From the IMG/VR virus record IMGVR_UViG_3300028800_000093, positions 1,370-65,369 of that record: 64,000 bases of DNA; one strand, 5' to 3'. The notes below the pieces were generated by a model. That model was not told where the DNA came from and searched no databases. It was given only the letters and a program-made list of their open reading frames with translations. Both the position numbers and the translations under genes were made by a program. The stretch is from a virus. Lineage: Duplodnaviria > Caudoviricetes. Shown piece after piece: positions 18,030 through 28,564 of this stretch; within the stretch, counting starts at the first letter, position 1, and the number at the start of each line of letters is the position of its first letter.

Positions 18030-20374
18030 TAGCCTTGTTGTCCTCTAGACATCTTCTGCTTAGTACCATTGTATGGGGTTGCTGGGTGAGAAACCTTGGC
18101 GGCTGCCTCAGTGCTGAGTTTTGCACCAACTTCACGAACTGCTTTGGCGGCTTCACTGAATCCACCGTTGATTGCTTTGACCATTGCATCGGTAACTGTC
18201 TGGCCAGTCTTCGCGAGAAGATCGTCCATTGAACCTTCAGCTGCAGTTGCTTTCTGAGCTTCACCTGCTGCCTGGATGTCTGACATGTTCTGACGGCTTG
18301 CAGCTGGTTGACCAGCGACTTCATTGTTGGACGCTTGAGCACTCAAGGACTCGCCAAGTGTTGCTCCGCGTTGACCTTCAGCCATTGCGGTATCGTCGCC
18401 AGCTTTGTTGCCCAATTGGAAGCGAGTGGTCAAATCACCGCCGCCTGCAGCTTTCATGTCAGTGACGTTCTGTTTGCCGAGTACGAAGTCGTTCAGCTCT
18501 TGGAATTGTCCACCTGCTCCGCTGATTGCCTTAGCCACGTCTTTAGCAGTGAGTTTAGTTCCACGCTTGTTGTTAATGTAGTTTGCAATGACCTGTTGAG
18601 TGTTGGGATTCTGAACGCCCATCTTCTGGAACGCTTTGATCATCACGATGTTTTCTACACCGAGTTGACGCAGCTTGCCTTCCAAGATCATATCGAAGCC
18701 AGATGACTGACCACCGCCGAACAAGTTATTGCCCGCTTGCGTGGCTTCCATACCGATAGCGGTAGCTTCCGTGCGGTTCATACCAGGCTGGTTCGCGCCG
18801 ATTGCGCCGGATACTGGAGCAAGTACGTTACCCAGATCAGCTGCTGAACCGCCACGAGTTGCAGCGATTGATGCACCAAAGTCATTCATTGACGAGCGTT
18901 GGCCGATGTTCTCTGCACCGCCTAGACCAGCACGCATGGCAGCTGAGCCTGCTCCTGTCTGTGCGCCGAGAAGGTTGCCGTTACCGAGTGCAACGGAGCG
19001 AGTCATAGCGATCTGCGCTTGCTGACTGAATCCTAAGCGATAATTGTTGTTCGTCCAAGTATTGATGCCGGACATGCTGAGCGGATTCAAGCCTTGGTTT
19101 GCCATGATCTGCTGAGTGATCATGTCACGCTCTGGACTCACGCCAGCTGCATGTGCTGCGGCTGATGCAGCGTGCTGGGTTGACATACCCCACATGCGCT
19201 GATTGAGTTCGAGGTTGCGACCTTCGAGCATGAGCAATTCGCCGACCTTATCAAGAAGGATGCCATAAGCTTCTTTGTCGCGGGAACGGAATTGACCAAT
19301 GTTTTCTGCGTGAATTTCTTCGCGAGACTTCTCTTGGGAACCAGCTTGATAATAGCGATATGCTCCGTATCCTGCACCGGCTACTGCACCAGCTGCGAGA
19401 GTCCACGGATTCATCAAGGCCGCGCCTGCAGTTGCGCCGCCCATCATACCGGCCATGACCATTGTTCCGATACCGACTCCGATACCAGTTCCTACGCCTG
19501 CTAGACCTTGAGTTTCTTTTTGCTGAGCGCGGTACTGACCCGCTTCTTTATTCTGGTACGCTGCGGTTCCAGGGATTGTATTCTCTTCACCGAGGCCGAG
19601 GCTCTTCAACATGCTGACTGTGACTTGACCTTGCTGAGCTTCTTGAGCTGCAGACAAACGCAAGCGACGAGTCGCGAGATAGCCGTCCATTTCCTTGGTG
19701 TACTCTTGGCGAACGCCTGCGCCGCCGTAAGCTTCCTGCATCTGCGAAAGCGCGAGTGGTGCGCGGAAGCCTGCTGACAATGCGCCAGGTCCCCACTGCA
19801 TTAAGCCGCCGATGGTTCCAAGCTGACCTAAGCCGAGCAAATTTGCGCCTTGTGAGAGTCCAGGGACTGGTGTGGCCATGCGAACTTGCGCAGCCATTTC
19901 GTTCATCTGGTATTGCTTGGCGACATACTCGCCCATCATCTTGTTCTTTTCAGTGTTCAGTGAGCCGGTCTGTTTCTGGTACTCATCTTCGCCCATGTGA
20001 GCGCGTTTGGTGCTGAGGTTTTCCAGTTGACGCTCTGTGTCTTTTATCTTGCCAATTGTCGCGTCGATCTCGGCTTGCATACCTTTGACTTCATGCTTCA
20101 TGCCGTCAAGAATGCCTTTGTACGACTTACCCATGAAGTCGTTGGCTTTGCGGCCCATTTCATCAAACGAAGACATGAGACCGCCCAAACCTTTTTGGGA
20201 TTTGGTGATGGTCTCAAGGGACATGGTGAGTTCTTTGAAGCGACGGTCGACACCTTCGAGCGAATAAGCGCCCGTGCGCCCGAAGTCATTCATGCGGGTT
20301 TCGGCCTGCTTGAGCATGTCAAGCACTTGGTCCATGCCCTGCATTTTTGCTTCAAAAGTTAGCTTGGCTGCCAT
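18029..20374 (-). CDS. tape measure protein
   Basis: helical, Ala/Gly/Gln-rich, hydrophobic central patch; follows two chaperone-sized genes. Confidence 0.8.
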   Translation of the reverse strand: MAAKLTFEAKMQGMDQVLDMLKQAETRMNDFGRTGAYSLEGVDRRFKELTMSLETITKSQKGLGGLMSSFDEMGRKANDFMGKSYKGILDGMKHEVKGMQAEIDATIGKIKDTERQLENLSTKRAHMGEDEYQKQTGSLNTEKNKMMGEYVAKQYQMNEMAAQVRMATPVPGLSQGANLLGLGQLGTIGGLMQWGPGALSAGFRAPLALSQMQEAYGGAGVRQEYTKEMDGYLATRRLRLSAAQEAQQGQVTVSMLKSLGLGEENTIPGTAAYQNKEAGQYRAQQKETQGLAGVGTGIGVGIGTMVMAGMMGGATAGAALMNPWTLAAGAVAGAGYGAYRYYQAGSQEKSREEIHAENIGQFRSRDKEAYGILLDKVGELLMLEGRNLELNQRMWGMSTQHAASAAAHAAGVSPERDMITQQIMANQGLNPLSMSGINTWTNNNYRLGFSQQAQIAMTRSVALGNGNLLGAQTGAGSAAMRAGLGGAENIGQRSSMNDFGASIAATRGGSAADLGNVLAPVSGAIGANQPGMNRTEATAIGMEATQAGNNLFGGGQSSGFDMILEGKLRQLGVENIVMIKAFQKMGVQNPNTQQVIANYINNKRGTKLTAKDVAKAISGAGGQFQELNDFVLGKQNVTDMKAAGGGDLTTRFQLGNKAGDDTAMAEGQRGATLGESLSAQASNNEVAGQPAASRQNMSDIQAAGEAQKATAAEGSMDDLLAKTGQTVTDAMVKAINGGFSEAAKAVREVGAKLSTEAAAKVSHPATPYNGTKQKMSRGQQG

Positions 20375-20877
20375 TAATCCTCTTCGTCGATATCGTCAAA
20401 AACAGGTGGGTCGAATGGGTTGACGGTGATGGTTTTCGTGTCCTTTGAAAGATTAGGCTTGTCTATAAGGATGCCATTTGAATCCGGTTTGATCTTTTTC
20501 TGAGCGATTTCAAGGTCTTGCTTCAAACTCTTGGCATGCAAGGCCGCGATCTCTTGCTCATACCAATCATCGTCCTCTGCCTCAACTTGAGCCATCTCTT
20601 CTTTGAACGTCGGGCTGTCCACGGCCAAGGTATTGATTATGATCTGGTTTAAGTGCTGAGCGTCTTCATCTGAGCCGCTGGCGAGCGCCCAATAGTGGTC
20701 TTCGTAATAATGACGCAGCACGTATTCAATCGGATAAGCTTCCACTTCCTTGAGAGGTGTGTGGAACTCACGTGAGAACCAGCGGCATTTCGATTTGTAC
20801 CACGCCTCTGGTGATTGCTCATCGGCTTCAGCGAGAGCGATTACCCGCAGCGCGTTTATGACGGCGGGATTGCTCAT
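20374..20877 (-). CDS. tail assembly chaperone (second)
   Basis: acidic protein immediately upstream of the tape measure gene. Confidence 0.55.
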   Translation of the reverse strand: MSNPAVINALRVIALAEADEQSPEAWYKSKCRWFSREFHTPLKEVEAYPIEYVLRHYYEDHYWALASGSDEDAQHLNQIIINTLAVDSPTFKEEMAQVEAEDDDWYEQEIAALHAKSLKQDLEIAQKKIKPDSNGILIDKPNLSKDTKTITVNPFDPPVFDDIDEED

Positions 20878-20880
20878 CGT

Positions 20881-21297
20881 TTAGTCTTCGGCTTCGCCTT
20901 CGTTGGCAGTGATTTTCTTGGCAGATTTAGTAAGCTTTTCAACAGCTTGCTTGCCATTGCCGATGATCTCTGCGTCGCGCTCTTCGACTTTGAGCGTCAC
21001 AAGACGGAAGAGTTCGCCGATCACATTGGCGTCTTTCAGCTCAATGCCGTTGTCGGAGTCGGTCCACCATTTCGGGCCTTCGACAATGCGCACGAAGAGT
21101 TGGCCGAGCATGTATGCCTCGCCCATCACGGACGGAGCCACGCCTGTCGGGTTTGCACCGATCAGCATTCTGCGGCGCTCGTCGGCGGCGAAGTTCGCAC
21201 GGCGATCAAGAACAGTCTCGATGCTGAATTTGCCTTGATAGACGTGTCTAGTGCTTTCACCAGTTATGTCTAGGCTGATTTGTTTAATTGTATCCAC
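20881..21297 (-). CDS. tail assembly chaperone
   Basis: position, GGAGG RBS, GPKWW motif typical of large-myovirus chaperones. Confidence 0.6.
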   Translation of the reverse strand: MDTIKQISLDITGESTRHVYQGKFSIETVLDRRANFAADERRRMLIGANPTGVAPSVMGEAYMLGQLFVRIVEGPKWWTDSDNGIELKDANVIGELFRLVTLKVEERDAEIIGNGKQAVEKLTKSAKKITANEGEAED

Positions 21298-21425
21298 GGG
21301 TTACCTCCGTTATTGTAAAGCATTGTAAAGTGTGACATTATGAATCTGGATTGACGAAATTGTCAGTTCAAACGCGTAATGACCCACTGGGCAGTCAAAG
21401 CATAATACAACAATTTCATTTGATA

Positions 21426-21454
21426 CTTGCGAGATTAGGCTTCTGTGGTATTAT
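21426..21454 (+). promoter_or_regulatory. sigma70/extended -10 promoter overlapping a divergent late motif
   Basis: TTGCGA...TGG-TATTAT; CCTAATCTC on the minus strand at 21431-21439. Confidence 0.55.
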
Positions 21455-21898
21455 GTGTTTGTGAACACTGAAAAACGCGTCCATGTACTCGGGCTCGTCC
21501 CGAGGGAACAAATTCTTTTGAAGGTCATCTTGGCGAACTTGGTCGCTGGCTTTATTGACAAATCTGTCATTGAGTCTCCGTGGGTTACGCCGGATGAGGT
21601 TGCGCTCAAAGCCGAGAGCACAGTCAAATTATTTCAACGGTACAATGAGTTCTGTGAAATGCTCTGCACTGAATCCACAATGGGTCGGGCGAAGCCGAAG
21701 GTACTCATGCTTGGGCCGACGCTGATGAAGTACTGCCTGCTCGCGGCTGAAGGCTACGATGAGCAGAACAACTTTCTGACCAAAGATCAGAAGGATGCTC
21801 TCGCGGGCCAGTGGTATGAGTTGAAGAAAAAGATTGTAGAATCATCGAAACACACGTATACCAGTTGGGAAATCGAAAAAGCTCGACATACTAAATAG
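21455..21898 (+). CDS. hypothetical protein
   Basis: 147-aa ORF heading the plus-strand cassette; start uncertain. Confidence 0.65.
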   Translation: MFVNTEKRVHVLGLVPREQILLKVILANLVAGFIDKSVIESPWVTPDEVALKAESTVKLFQRYNEFCEMLCTESTMGRAKPKVLMLGPTLMKYCLLAAEGYDEQNNFLTKDQKDALAGQWYELKKKIVESSKHTYTSWEIEKARHTK

Positions 21899-21905
21899 GA
21901 GTCCC

Positions 21906-22796
21906 ATGAAGCTTTACATTTTTGACACGCAAAACATTTTCTATCGCTCGTTCTACGCACCGGAAGGATTGACCACTTCCTACGGTATGCCAGTGCAAGG
22001 CCTTCACGGTTTGGTTCGCATGGTCCATAGCATCATGCGCGATCACAAGCCGGACCTTGTAGCTTTCGCGATGGAAGGCGGCGGTCAGAACCTTCGCAAG
22101 AATTTGGACCCTACATATAAGGCTAATCGCACCGAGCCGCCTGACGATCTCAAAATCCAGATTCAGATTTTGCCAGAGCTGATGGAGGCCATGGGCTATC
22201 CGACTGTGAAGTATGAAGGCTACGAGGCCGATGACACGATTGCGTCGCTTTGCAAGAAGGCTACTGAGCAAGGCATTCACTCTGTGATCGTCAGCTCTGA
22301 CAAAGACTTCTGCCAACTGATCAGTCCTACGGTCACCATGTTCAATATTTCCAAAGGTGAGTTGATCGACCCGATTGCTGTTGAAATGCGCTACGGTGTA
22401 ACTCCGAAGCAGTTCCTCGACTACCTCTCTATCGTTGGCGACACAGCTGACAATATCAAGGGTGTCAAAGGAATCGGCGACAAAGGTGCTGCGAAGCTCC
22501 TTGGTGAATTCGGAACACTCGAATCCATTTACCAGAACATTGGTCTGGTCAAGGGCGCGAATCAGGCTAAGCTCAAGGCATCCGAGAAGGATGTATTCTT
22601 GGCAAAGAAGCTCGTATCGTTCCTCGAAACGCCCATGGGCGAAGTCGATTTAAAACTTTGGTGCAAGTATGGTGGTCCGCGTGTCGAACAAGCTCGTGCT
22701 TTGTTTCGTCGCTTGGAGTTCCGTGAACTTGAAACAATGCTTCTAGGCGGTCAGACTGTGCAAGTCGGCGGCGTGGAAATTGGAGTCCGCAAATGA
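21906..22796 (+). CDS. 5'-3' exonuclease / flap endonuclease (Pol I N-terminal-like)
   Basis: YKANR, YEADD, SSDKD, GDTADNIKGVKGIG motifs. Confidence 0.95.
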   Translation: MKLYIFDTQNIFYRSFYAPEGLTTSYGMPVQGLHGLVRMVHSIMRDHKPDLVAFAMEGGGQNLRKNLDPTYKANRTEPPDDLKIQIQILPELMEAMGYPTVKYEGYEADDTIASLCKKATEQGIHSVIVSSDKDFCQLISPTVTMFNISKGELIDPIAVEMRYGVTPKQFLDYLSIVGDTADNIKGVKGIGDKGAAKLLGEFGTLESIYQNIGLVKGANQAKLKASEKDVFLAKKLVSFLETPMGEVDLKLWCKYGGPRVEQARALFRRLEFRELETMLLGGQTVQVGGVEIGVRK

Positions 22797-23272
22797 TCGT
22801 CGTAGGCAAAAACCCTCTCATCAAAGAATTGTCCGGCAGCCGCATTGAATTCTTCGCACCTCCGCCATCGGACCCGACACCTGGAACAGTTGCTGCCAAA
22901 GAGATGATTCTCGTCGGCGGTAAGACCAGTCGCATTGTGATTCCTTTCTCGGTGAGAGTGATCGCGGGTGGGAAGCTTGACCTTGACTTCTCAGTCTCTG
23001 AGAAGCTCGCTGCAGCTGGTGTAAACCTCATTGGCGCTTACTGGGATGGTTCTAAGGTCACCGTATACCTGATGCCTCTCGAAGGTATCGACGTTCATGT
23101 ACCGTTCAGCGTAGCGTTGATCGTTGGCACTCTGGTCCAGGTCGCGACCTATAAGCAAGTCCAAGAAGGTGTGGTTGGAGCAATGGTGTCTGGCTTCAGC
23201 GAAGAAGGCGTGATGATTCTCGACAAGAAATCTGAGAAGCGTGTCGCTAAAACTCGGAAGGCTCGTAAATGA
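22793..23272 (+). CDS. possible degenerate trimeric dUTPase-fold protein
   Basis: beta-rich spacing resembles dUTPase but the catalytic motifs are absent. Confidence 0.4.
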   Translation: MIVVGKNPLIKELSGSRIEFFAPPPSDPTPGTVAAKEMILVGGKTSRIVIPFSVRVIAGGKLDLDFSVSEKLAAAGVNLIGAYWDGSKVTVYLMPLEGIDVHVPFSVALIVGTLVQVATYKQVQEGVVGAMVSGFSEEGVMILDKKSEKRVAKTRKARK

Positions 23273-23967
23273 AACTGATGGCTATCGACTGTGAAATGAA
23301 TCAACCGTCCGGCAAACTCATTCAGATCGGAGCAGTTGCATTCGATCCTCTGACCGGCGAGATTCTTGATCGCGTGGCAGCTTACGTGAACCCTGGCGAA
23401 CAACTCAATCCCGAGATCACTACTCTCACTCGCATAACACAGGAGAAGGTCGATGGTGGACTTACGCCTGAACAGGCTTATAGACTCCTCAAACAATTCG
23501 CAGAAACTAATAAAGTGTTCCGCAACCCCGTCGTTTGGGGATCTGGCGACTCGAATGATGCAAAAGAAATCTACAAGCAGTCCAGTGTTCAAGAAGAAAA
23601 TTTTATGGGACATCGTGTAATTGACGTCAAGACCATTTGTCAGATTCGCTCAATCGTTCTGAAGGGTGACGTTGCCGGTGGGCTGCGCGAGTACCTGAAG
23701 CGCATTGGTCGTCAATGGGACCCGAAGTACGGTGAGCCGCATGACGCGCTGGCAGATGCACTTAACACGGTGCATTGCTTTATGATGTATTCCGAATTTA
23801 TGACTGCCTTCACTCACATCGAAAAGTACCACGAGCAATTCGCCAAGCCCGAGAATAAGGGTAAGTGGCAAGGCGTCCTCAAGAAGCTTGCTGTGGACAT
23901 CGGCGCTCAGATTAAGTGTCTGGCCGCGCTGCAGTCATTGAAAGATGATTTGGAAGGTCAGAACTAG
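23269..23967 (+). CDS. DEDDh 3'-5' exonuclease
   Basis: IDCE...D...HDALADA. Confidence 0.9.
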   Translation: MKLMAIDCEMNQPSGKLIQIGAVAFDPLTGEILDRVAAYVNPGEQLNPEITTLTRITQEKVDGGLTPEQAYRLLKQFAETNKVFRNPVVWGSGDSNDAKEIYKQSSVQEENFMGHRVIDVKTICQIRSIVLKGDVAGGLREYLKRIGRQWDPKYGEPHDALADALNTVHCFMMYSEFMTAFTHIEKYHEQFAKPENKGKWQGVLKKLAVDIGAQIKCLAALQSLKDDLEGQN

Positions 23968-24305
23968 TCTTGTTTCTTGTCGTCGCCGTCAACGCTCATG
24001 GACTTGCCATCGCCTTGCATTTTGCGACCGAGATAAAATCCACCGCACGCCAAAAATAGTTGCAGCGAATATGACGCAGCGTTCTGAATTGCGGTCTGCG
24101 TCTCAGGCCCTGGAGCGAAGTCGCTGGACAAGTGAGCGATCACAGACACGATAAAGAGAAGTGCGCAGAGTACGCAGAGGTTTAAAGAGATCCAGTACGA
24201 TGTGACTGTGACCGAACCTTTGCCGGTCTTGGGGTCTCTGGCCATCGGGAGTGGAAATCCGTCTCTGTTCCAGTTATTAAAAGTTTCTTTGATCTTTTGC
24301 CACAT
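23964..24305 (-). CDS. holin-like membrane protein
   Basis: two hydrophobic helices and a charged C-terminus. Confidence 0.55.
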   Translation of the reverse strand: MWQKIKETFNNWNRDGFPLPMARDPKTGKGSVTVTSYWISLNLCVLCALLFIVSVIAHLSSDFAPGPETQTAIQNAASYSLQLFLACGGFYLGRKMQGDGKSMSVDGDDKKQD

Positions 24306-24595
24306 TACATTTTACCCATGAGTTTGAGTACGAATGCGGCGACGGCGGTAGCAGCTGCTGCGATTGAGGCTGCCCATTTTGTGAAGTGCATAATTGATTG
24401 TCTGGCCGCTTTTTTAACTTCGATGTGCGCAAGGTGCGCTTTCATTGGATGGATTTCTGCTTCGAGAATGTCTGTGCGTTTGACGTGGTATTCCAAAGAG
24501 TCCGTATTACGCGACAGGGTAACATTCAGTTGCCCTAATTGATCGACTACTTTGTCCAATTTGGATTCCATGCGTTCTAGACGTTCGTCGCTCAT
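24305..24595 (-). CDS. coiled-coil + TM protein (XhlA/holin-like)
   Basis: ERLERMESKLD coiled coil, C-terminal TM segment; late motif upstream at 24628-24636. Confidence 0.6.
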   Translation of the reverse strand: MSDERLERMESKLDKVVDQLGQLNVTLSRNTDSLEYHVKRTDILEAEIHPMKAHLAHIEVKKAARQSIMHFTKWAASIAAAATAVAAFVLKLMGKM

Positions 24596-24631
24596 AATTT
24601 CCCCGCGATAGTTGACTTCGCAGGTAAAAGA

Positions 24632-25159
24632 TTAGGTATTCGACTGACCCCAGACGGGAGGCAGAGATTTTATCAATGGATACAGGTCTTTAGGCGTTAA
24701 ATCATCCAGGATCTCTTTGGATTGGAGGCAGTTGGCATTCTCAAGAAGTGCCGCGACGAACGCACTGCACCAATAGGTATCGCCAACCGTTCTGAAGGGA
24801 TTGTGGATTTTCCAGCCAACAAAAGCGGCCATTTGAACGAGTGCTAAACCCAAACATCCGATGGTTCCATAGGGCACGCCGAGCTTGCTCTCAGCGAATG
24901 TCTTGGCATCCTTGTCGATGGCTGGGTCAACATTGAAATCGAACGAATAGATGATCTTTTCAGCGGCCAAGAACTCTGCTTCGATCATTGCATTGACGAA
25001 CGTATGACTTGCTTGGTAATAGACTGGTAGGCCCGTTGTGTCGTCTACCACCTTGATGGCGACGTGTGAGTAGGGGGTTCCTTCCGATGCCATGATCGCC
25101 CAAGAGAACGGTGCGAACCACGTTGTAGCTTTCGAGAATACGACAGTTATTGTTTTCAT
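24632..25159 (-). CDS. permuted papain-like NlpC/P60 (YiiX/YaeF-like) enzyme
   Basis: YSHVAI, LGVPY, YWCSAFV, TPKDL. Confidence 0.85.
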   Translation of the reverse strand: MKTITVVFSKATTWFAPFSWAIMASEGTPYSHVAIKVVDDTTGLPVYYQASHTFVNAMIEAEFLAAEKIIYSFDFNVDPAIDKDAKTFAESKLGVPYGTIGCLGLALVQMAAFVGWKIHNPFRTVGDTYWCSAFVAALLENANCLQSKEILDDLTPKDLYPLIKSLPPVWGQSNT

Positions 25160-25494
25160 AAACTTGAGATTACCTGAATCATTTTGTTCCTCATCCATTG
25201 GATGCGGTCGGGGGTTAAAAACGGAGCCATATCGGGGGTAACTACTACTTTACTCAATGCGTTGTAAGCTAGAATTAGTGAACCTTCAGAGCCGTAGACC
25301 ATAACCTGATTAAGTGCAGCTCCAACCGCTGCGGCTTGCGCACTGGTGATGCCCATTGCCAAATTCTCAGCTGCGAATTCCGCAATCATAACGACCCAGA
25401 TAGCCTGGGCCTTTTGTACGGTGCTCAAGCACTTGTTGTACACTGGTTGACTAATATTAAAATAGGTCGATGAACCGTCTGGATTGATTGCCAT
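25156..25494 (-). CDS. fibre-associated hypothetical protein
   Basis: coupled gene downstream of the fibre genes. Confidence 0.65.
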   Translation of the reverse strand: MAINPDGSSTYFNISQPVYNKCLSTVQKAQAIWVVMIAEFAAENLAMGITSAQAAAVGAALNQVMVYGSEGSLILAYNALSKVVVTPDMAPFLTPDRIQWMRNKMIQVISSL

Positions 25495-25676
25495 TACTCG
25501 AATACCAAAAACATTTTGCCCGTATCGGCATTCAACGCGGGAGTCATATCAACTACTGGTTGACCTTCAAACCAATACTGCTGGGTTCCGGTTTGACTGG
25601 GCTCGAATCGAACTCCCTCAACCGGACTGCCGTCAGTGTAATATTTCTGACCACCTTGTGGATCTACTGCATTCAC
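25494..25676 (-). CDS. small fibre-associated protein
   Basis: AGGAG RBS; internal repeat YYTDGSPV / YWFEGQPV. Confidence 0.65.
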   Translation of the reverse strand: MNAVDPQGGQKYYTDGSPVEGVRFEPSQTGTQQYWFEGQPVVDMTPALNADTGKMFLVFE

Positions 25677-25684
25677 ATCATCTC

Positions 25685-28564
25685 CTAGGAGTTTACACTC
25701 CAGTCATCGACATTTACCCAACCAGCTGTGCCATCAGCATCTATATAAAAAGTTACCGCGCAATCATCCGTCACTGCCGCTATTGTTGCCGTAAGGAGTT
25801 GGAAGGCTCCGTTAGCAGCGTTAGTTGACGAAGCTAATACCACGTCGGTGTTGTTGCCCGTAGCCGCGTCCGCTCGTTGAATCAAGCGCACTTGGTTTCC
25901 GTTGTAGGCCGTTCCGTCACCGGCAACCGACTTGCGAACAAAGACGTTGATCACCGCTGTTTGACCATTAGGAACCGCGATCTTTTTGTACCCGCTCTGA
26001 ATTTTATTCGCAGCGTTACTGGGAGTCAGGCGCTCAGAAGGCGAGGCTTTGTTCCAGATTATAGTGTCGGGTTTGGTTGTGCCAAACTTCTTCCACGTCA
26101 TATGGTTGCCAGCGGTCTGTTGATGGCGAGCCGAGCTGATCTGCCCACCTTCGATCATATTTCCAGGTGTTGCAACCTGCGTGGCGGAATTCATAATACA
26201 GTTGCGGAAAAACAAGCGCGGGTAAATGTTGGCTGCGGATATTTGAACATCTCCAGTCGCAAACTGAGTAGTGACTCCCATAGTGCAATTGTCGATGTAA
26301 GATTCTTTCGTATCATTACCCACCGCGATTCCGACTGGAGTCACGAGAGTAGTTCCTGCGTTCAATACTAAATTGCGCAGGAAGGTATTGCCCGTCGAAC
26401 TGCTATACTGAACGCAGGCCGTGGCATTACCGAACATCGTGCCTGTGTCGAATATCGTATCGAAGGTGTTACCTATGACCATGCCGTAAGTAGAGTTGCG
26501 CCACGACGTGAGATTCGATATATAGCCGTATGGGTTGTTGCCGAAGTTTGTGATACCGGCAAAGTTGAGTCCTACGCCAGTGTTCGAGTGTGCTGTCAAG
26601 TTGTTGATCGTGCCCATTACGCCAGAAGTTTGCGCTTGCGCAACGACCATCCCTTGAGTCAAGCCAGATACGGCAGTGATATTTGTGATGGTTCCATACA
26701 GATTGCTAAGTGAAAAGCACGATGCGCCGGACAGAATCACGATGACGTTGTTGATCGAAACGCTTGTGGCTGTTCCACCTGTTGTAATTACGCCAGAGCC
26801 TACGATATTATAAAGATTCGTATTGCTGATAGAGATATTGGCGTTGGCAGCAGCGTTACAGTTGATGCCTGTCGAACTTGCCACGTTGAAGTCGTGAATC
26901 GAACAGTTATTGATTGTAGCTGAGCCGGTGGTCGTATCCAAATCTATGCCGCGCTTCGATGCAGTTGCCGAACCCATGTTGAAAAATTCTGTGGACTCGA
27001 AATCTACGACTGATGCAAGTGCGCAGTGGACATAAGTTTGAAGCGTGGTGCTCAAGCTGAATATTTGCACGTTGCGTGTCAAGTTAATAAGTTCTGCTAC
27101 AACACCAGCTGTTCCACCGCCGCCATGCGCGTTGGTGAGACCTGTGATCGTCAGCGTAGTTCCAGATGCGTCTGCGGTCAAGGCTTTAGCTTCGCTCTGT
27201 AAGCGTGTCTGAGTAGTCGCCGCTAGTGCGATGACGTTACCGTTTTTCCATCCAGTGGCCACGTTAGTAGTAAGAGAGGTTGCCGACACAGAGGCGTCTG
27301 CAGCTAACAGTGCAGAATTCGTGATTACGTTCCCGCCAGTGTTCATCATACCGCCAGAACGAACTTCCAATCCGAATTGTACGTTGGACGCACAAACGAT
27401 TTCTAGTTGAGCTGTGCTGGTTGAAGGCATTGGAGTGCCAGCTGTTCCGATGTTGAATGTTGCGCCAGAATAAACGGTGGGAGCATTGGCAATTCTGAAG
27501 TAATAAGCGGTCGAGGCAGCTGTACCATACGCGAAGGTACCTAGGTCGGCGATTTGCAAACCTCCCCAAGACGTCGTATTGGTATTGTCCATGGTCACGG
27601 TATATGAATTCAAAACACCAGGACTCGTATGATCGCCAGCGATATACATTGTGTCGCCGGATGCGGGAGCTTGATTGGTCGTGGTGCGCAGGATTCGAGC
27701 CCAATCACCGGCAGTTGCAGAGCGGTATGGTGTTATGTTACCAGCCGTTGTGCCAGAAATTTGTAAAGTGTAATTTGTGCCAGCGTTCAGGGTTACGCTC
27801 GAAGGCAAGATGAACTGTGCGAACCCGTTGTTAGACGTAGCGTTGACAGTCGATAGATCAGCTGCAGCTACGACGACGAGCGTATCTGCTACTCCAGATA
27901 TATTGTAGAATCCTAAGCCCGTCACTCCTCCGACTGCGCTCGGTGCGCCAGTGAGAGTGAAAGTGGTTGCGGTGGGCGTGGTCGCAACAGTATACGTTCC
28001 GTTAAATGAAGGAGTAGCCGTTGATCCTTTGATCGTGATCTGGGTCGAACCAGCCGTAAATCCGTGAGCGGCAGTTGTCGTAAATACTGGAACGGCGACT
28101 AGAGTGTTCGACGCGATATTGGCTAGTGGTGTTTGCCAAGTTCCGGCTGTACCAGCAACTGTTACGCTGACTGGTACCGTGAACGTATTGGCGTCTAGGA
28201 CAGTGACCGTGTAAGGGCCGGTCAATGCGGGCGTTGAGTTTGTACCTGCGAGTAAGACAGCTTCTCCAGTTACTAAACCGTGATTTGCCGAAACAACGTG
28301 CGTGGGGTTGGCGATTGAAATTGCTGTAACGGTTCCGTTTTTTCCAAGTTTTACAGCTACGTTTCCTAACAAAGTGTGCGACAGAACTTTTAAGGCTAAA
28401 GCATCTATCGTGATAGCGCCAGGAGCGAACGATTGGCTAGCTACCCACGACGTCGTACTTGCTGATGATGCCGCTTCAGAATCTTGAAACGATGTTGTAT
28501 CCGCCGCACTCCAAGTGCCAGCTGCAGACATGTTTCCTGTTTTATTGTTGATTAGGAATGCCAT
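25685..28564 (-). CDS. tail fibre/spike with parallel beta-helix region
   Basis: two HGL/HGF beta-barrel units, Asn/Thr-rich INNLTAHSN-type repeats. Confidence 0.75.
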   Translation of the reverse strand: MAFLINNKTGNMSAAGTWSAADTTSFQDSEAASSASTTSWVASQSFAPGAITIDALALKVLSHTLLGNVAVKLGKNGTVTAISIANPTHVVSANHGLVTGEAVLLAGTNSTPALTGPYTVTVLDANTFTVPVSVTVAGTAGTWQTPLANIASNTLVAVPVFTTTAAHGFTAGSTQITIKGSTATPSFNGTYTVATTPTATTFTLTGAPSAVGGVTGLGFYNISGVADTLVVVAAADLSTVNATSNNGFAQFILPSSVTLNAGTNYTLQISGTTAGNITPYRSATAGDWARILRTTTNQAPASGDTMYIAGDHTSPGVLNSYTVTMDNTNTTSWGGLQIADLGTFAYGTAASTAYYFRIANAPTVYSGATFNIGTAGTPMPSTSTAQLEIVCASNVQFGLEVRSGGMMNTGGNVITNSALLAADASVSATSLTTNVATGWKNGNVIALAATTQTRLQSEAKALTADASGTTLTITGLTNAHGGGGTAGVVAELINLTRNVQIFSLSTTLQTYVHCALASVVDFESTEFFNMGSATASKRGIDLDTTTGSATINNCSIHDFNVASSTGINCNAAANANISISNTNLYNIVGSGVITTGGTATSVSINNVIVILSGASCFSLSNLYGTITNITAVSGLTQGMVVAQAQTSGVMGTINNLTAHSNTGVGLNFAGITNFGNNPYGYISNLTSWRNSTYGMVIGNTFDTIFDTGTMFGNATACVQYSSSTGNTFLRNLVLNAGTTLVTPVGIAVGNDTKESYIDNCTMGVTTQFATGDVQISAANIYPRLFFRNCIMNSATQVATPGNMIEGGQISSARHQQTAGNHMTWKKFGTTKPDTIIWNKASPSERLTPSNAANKIQSGYKKIAVPNGQTAVINVFVRKSVAGDGTAYNGNQVRLIQRADAATGNNTDVVLASSTNAANGAFQLLTATIAAVTDDCAVTFYIDADGTAGWVNVDDWSVNS

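Noticed and set aside
20374-21297. programmed frameshift between the two tail chaperones
   Set aside because: No clear XXXYYYZ slippery site near the end of the first gene; the second has its own ATG.
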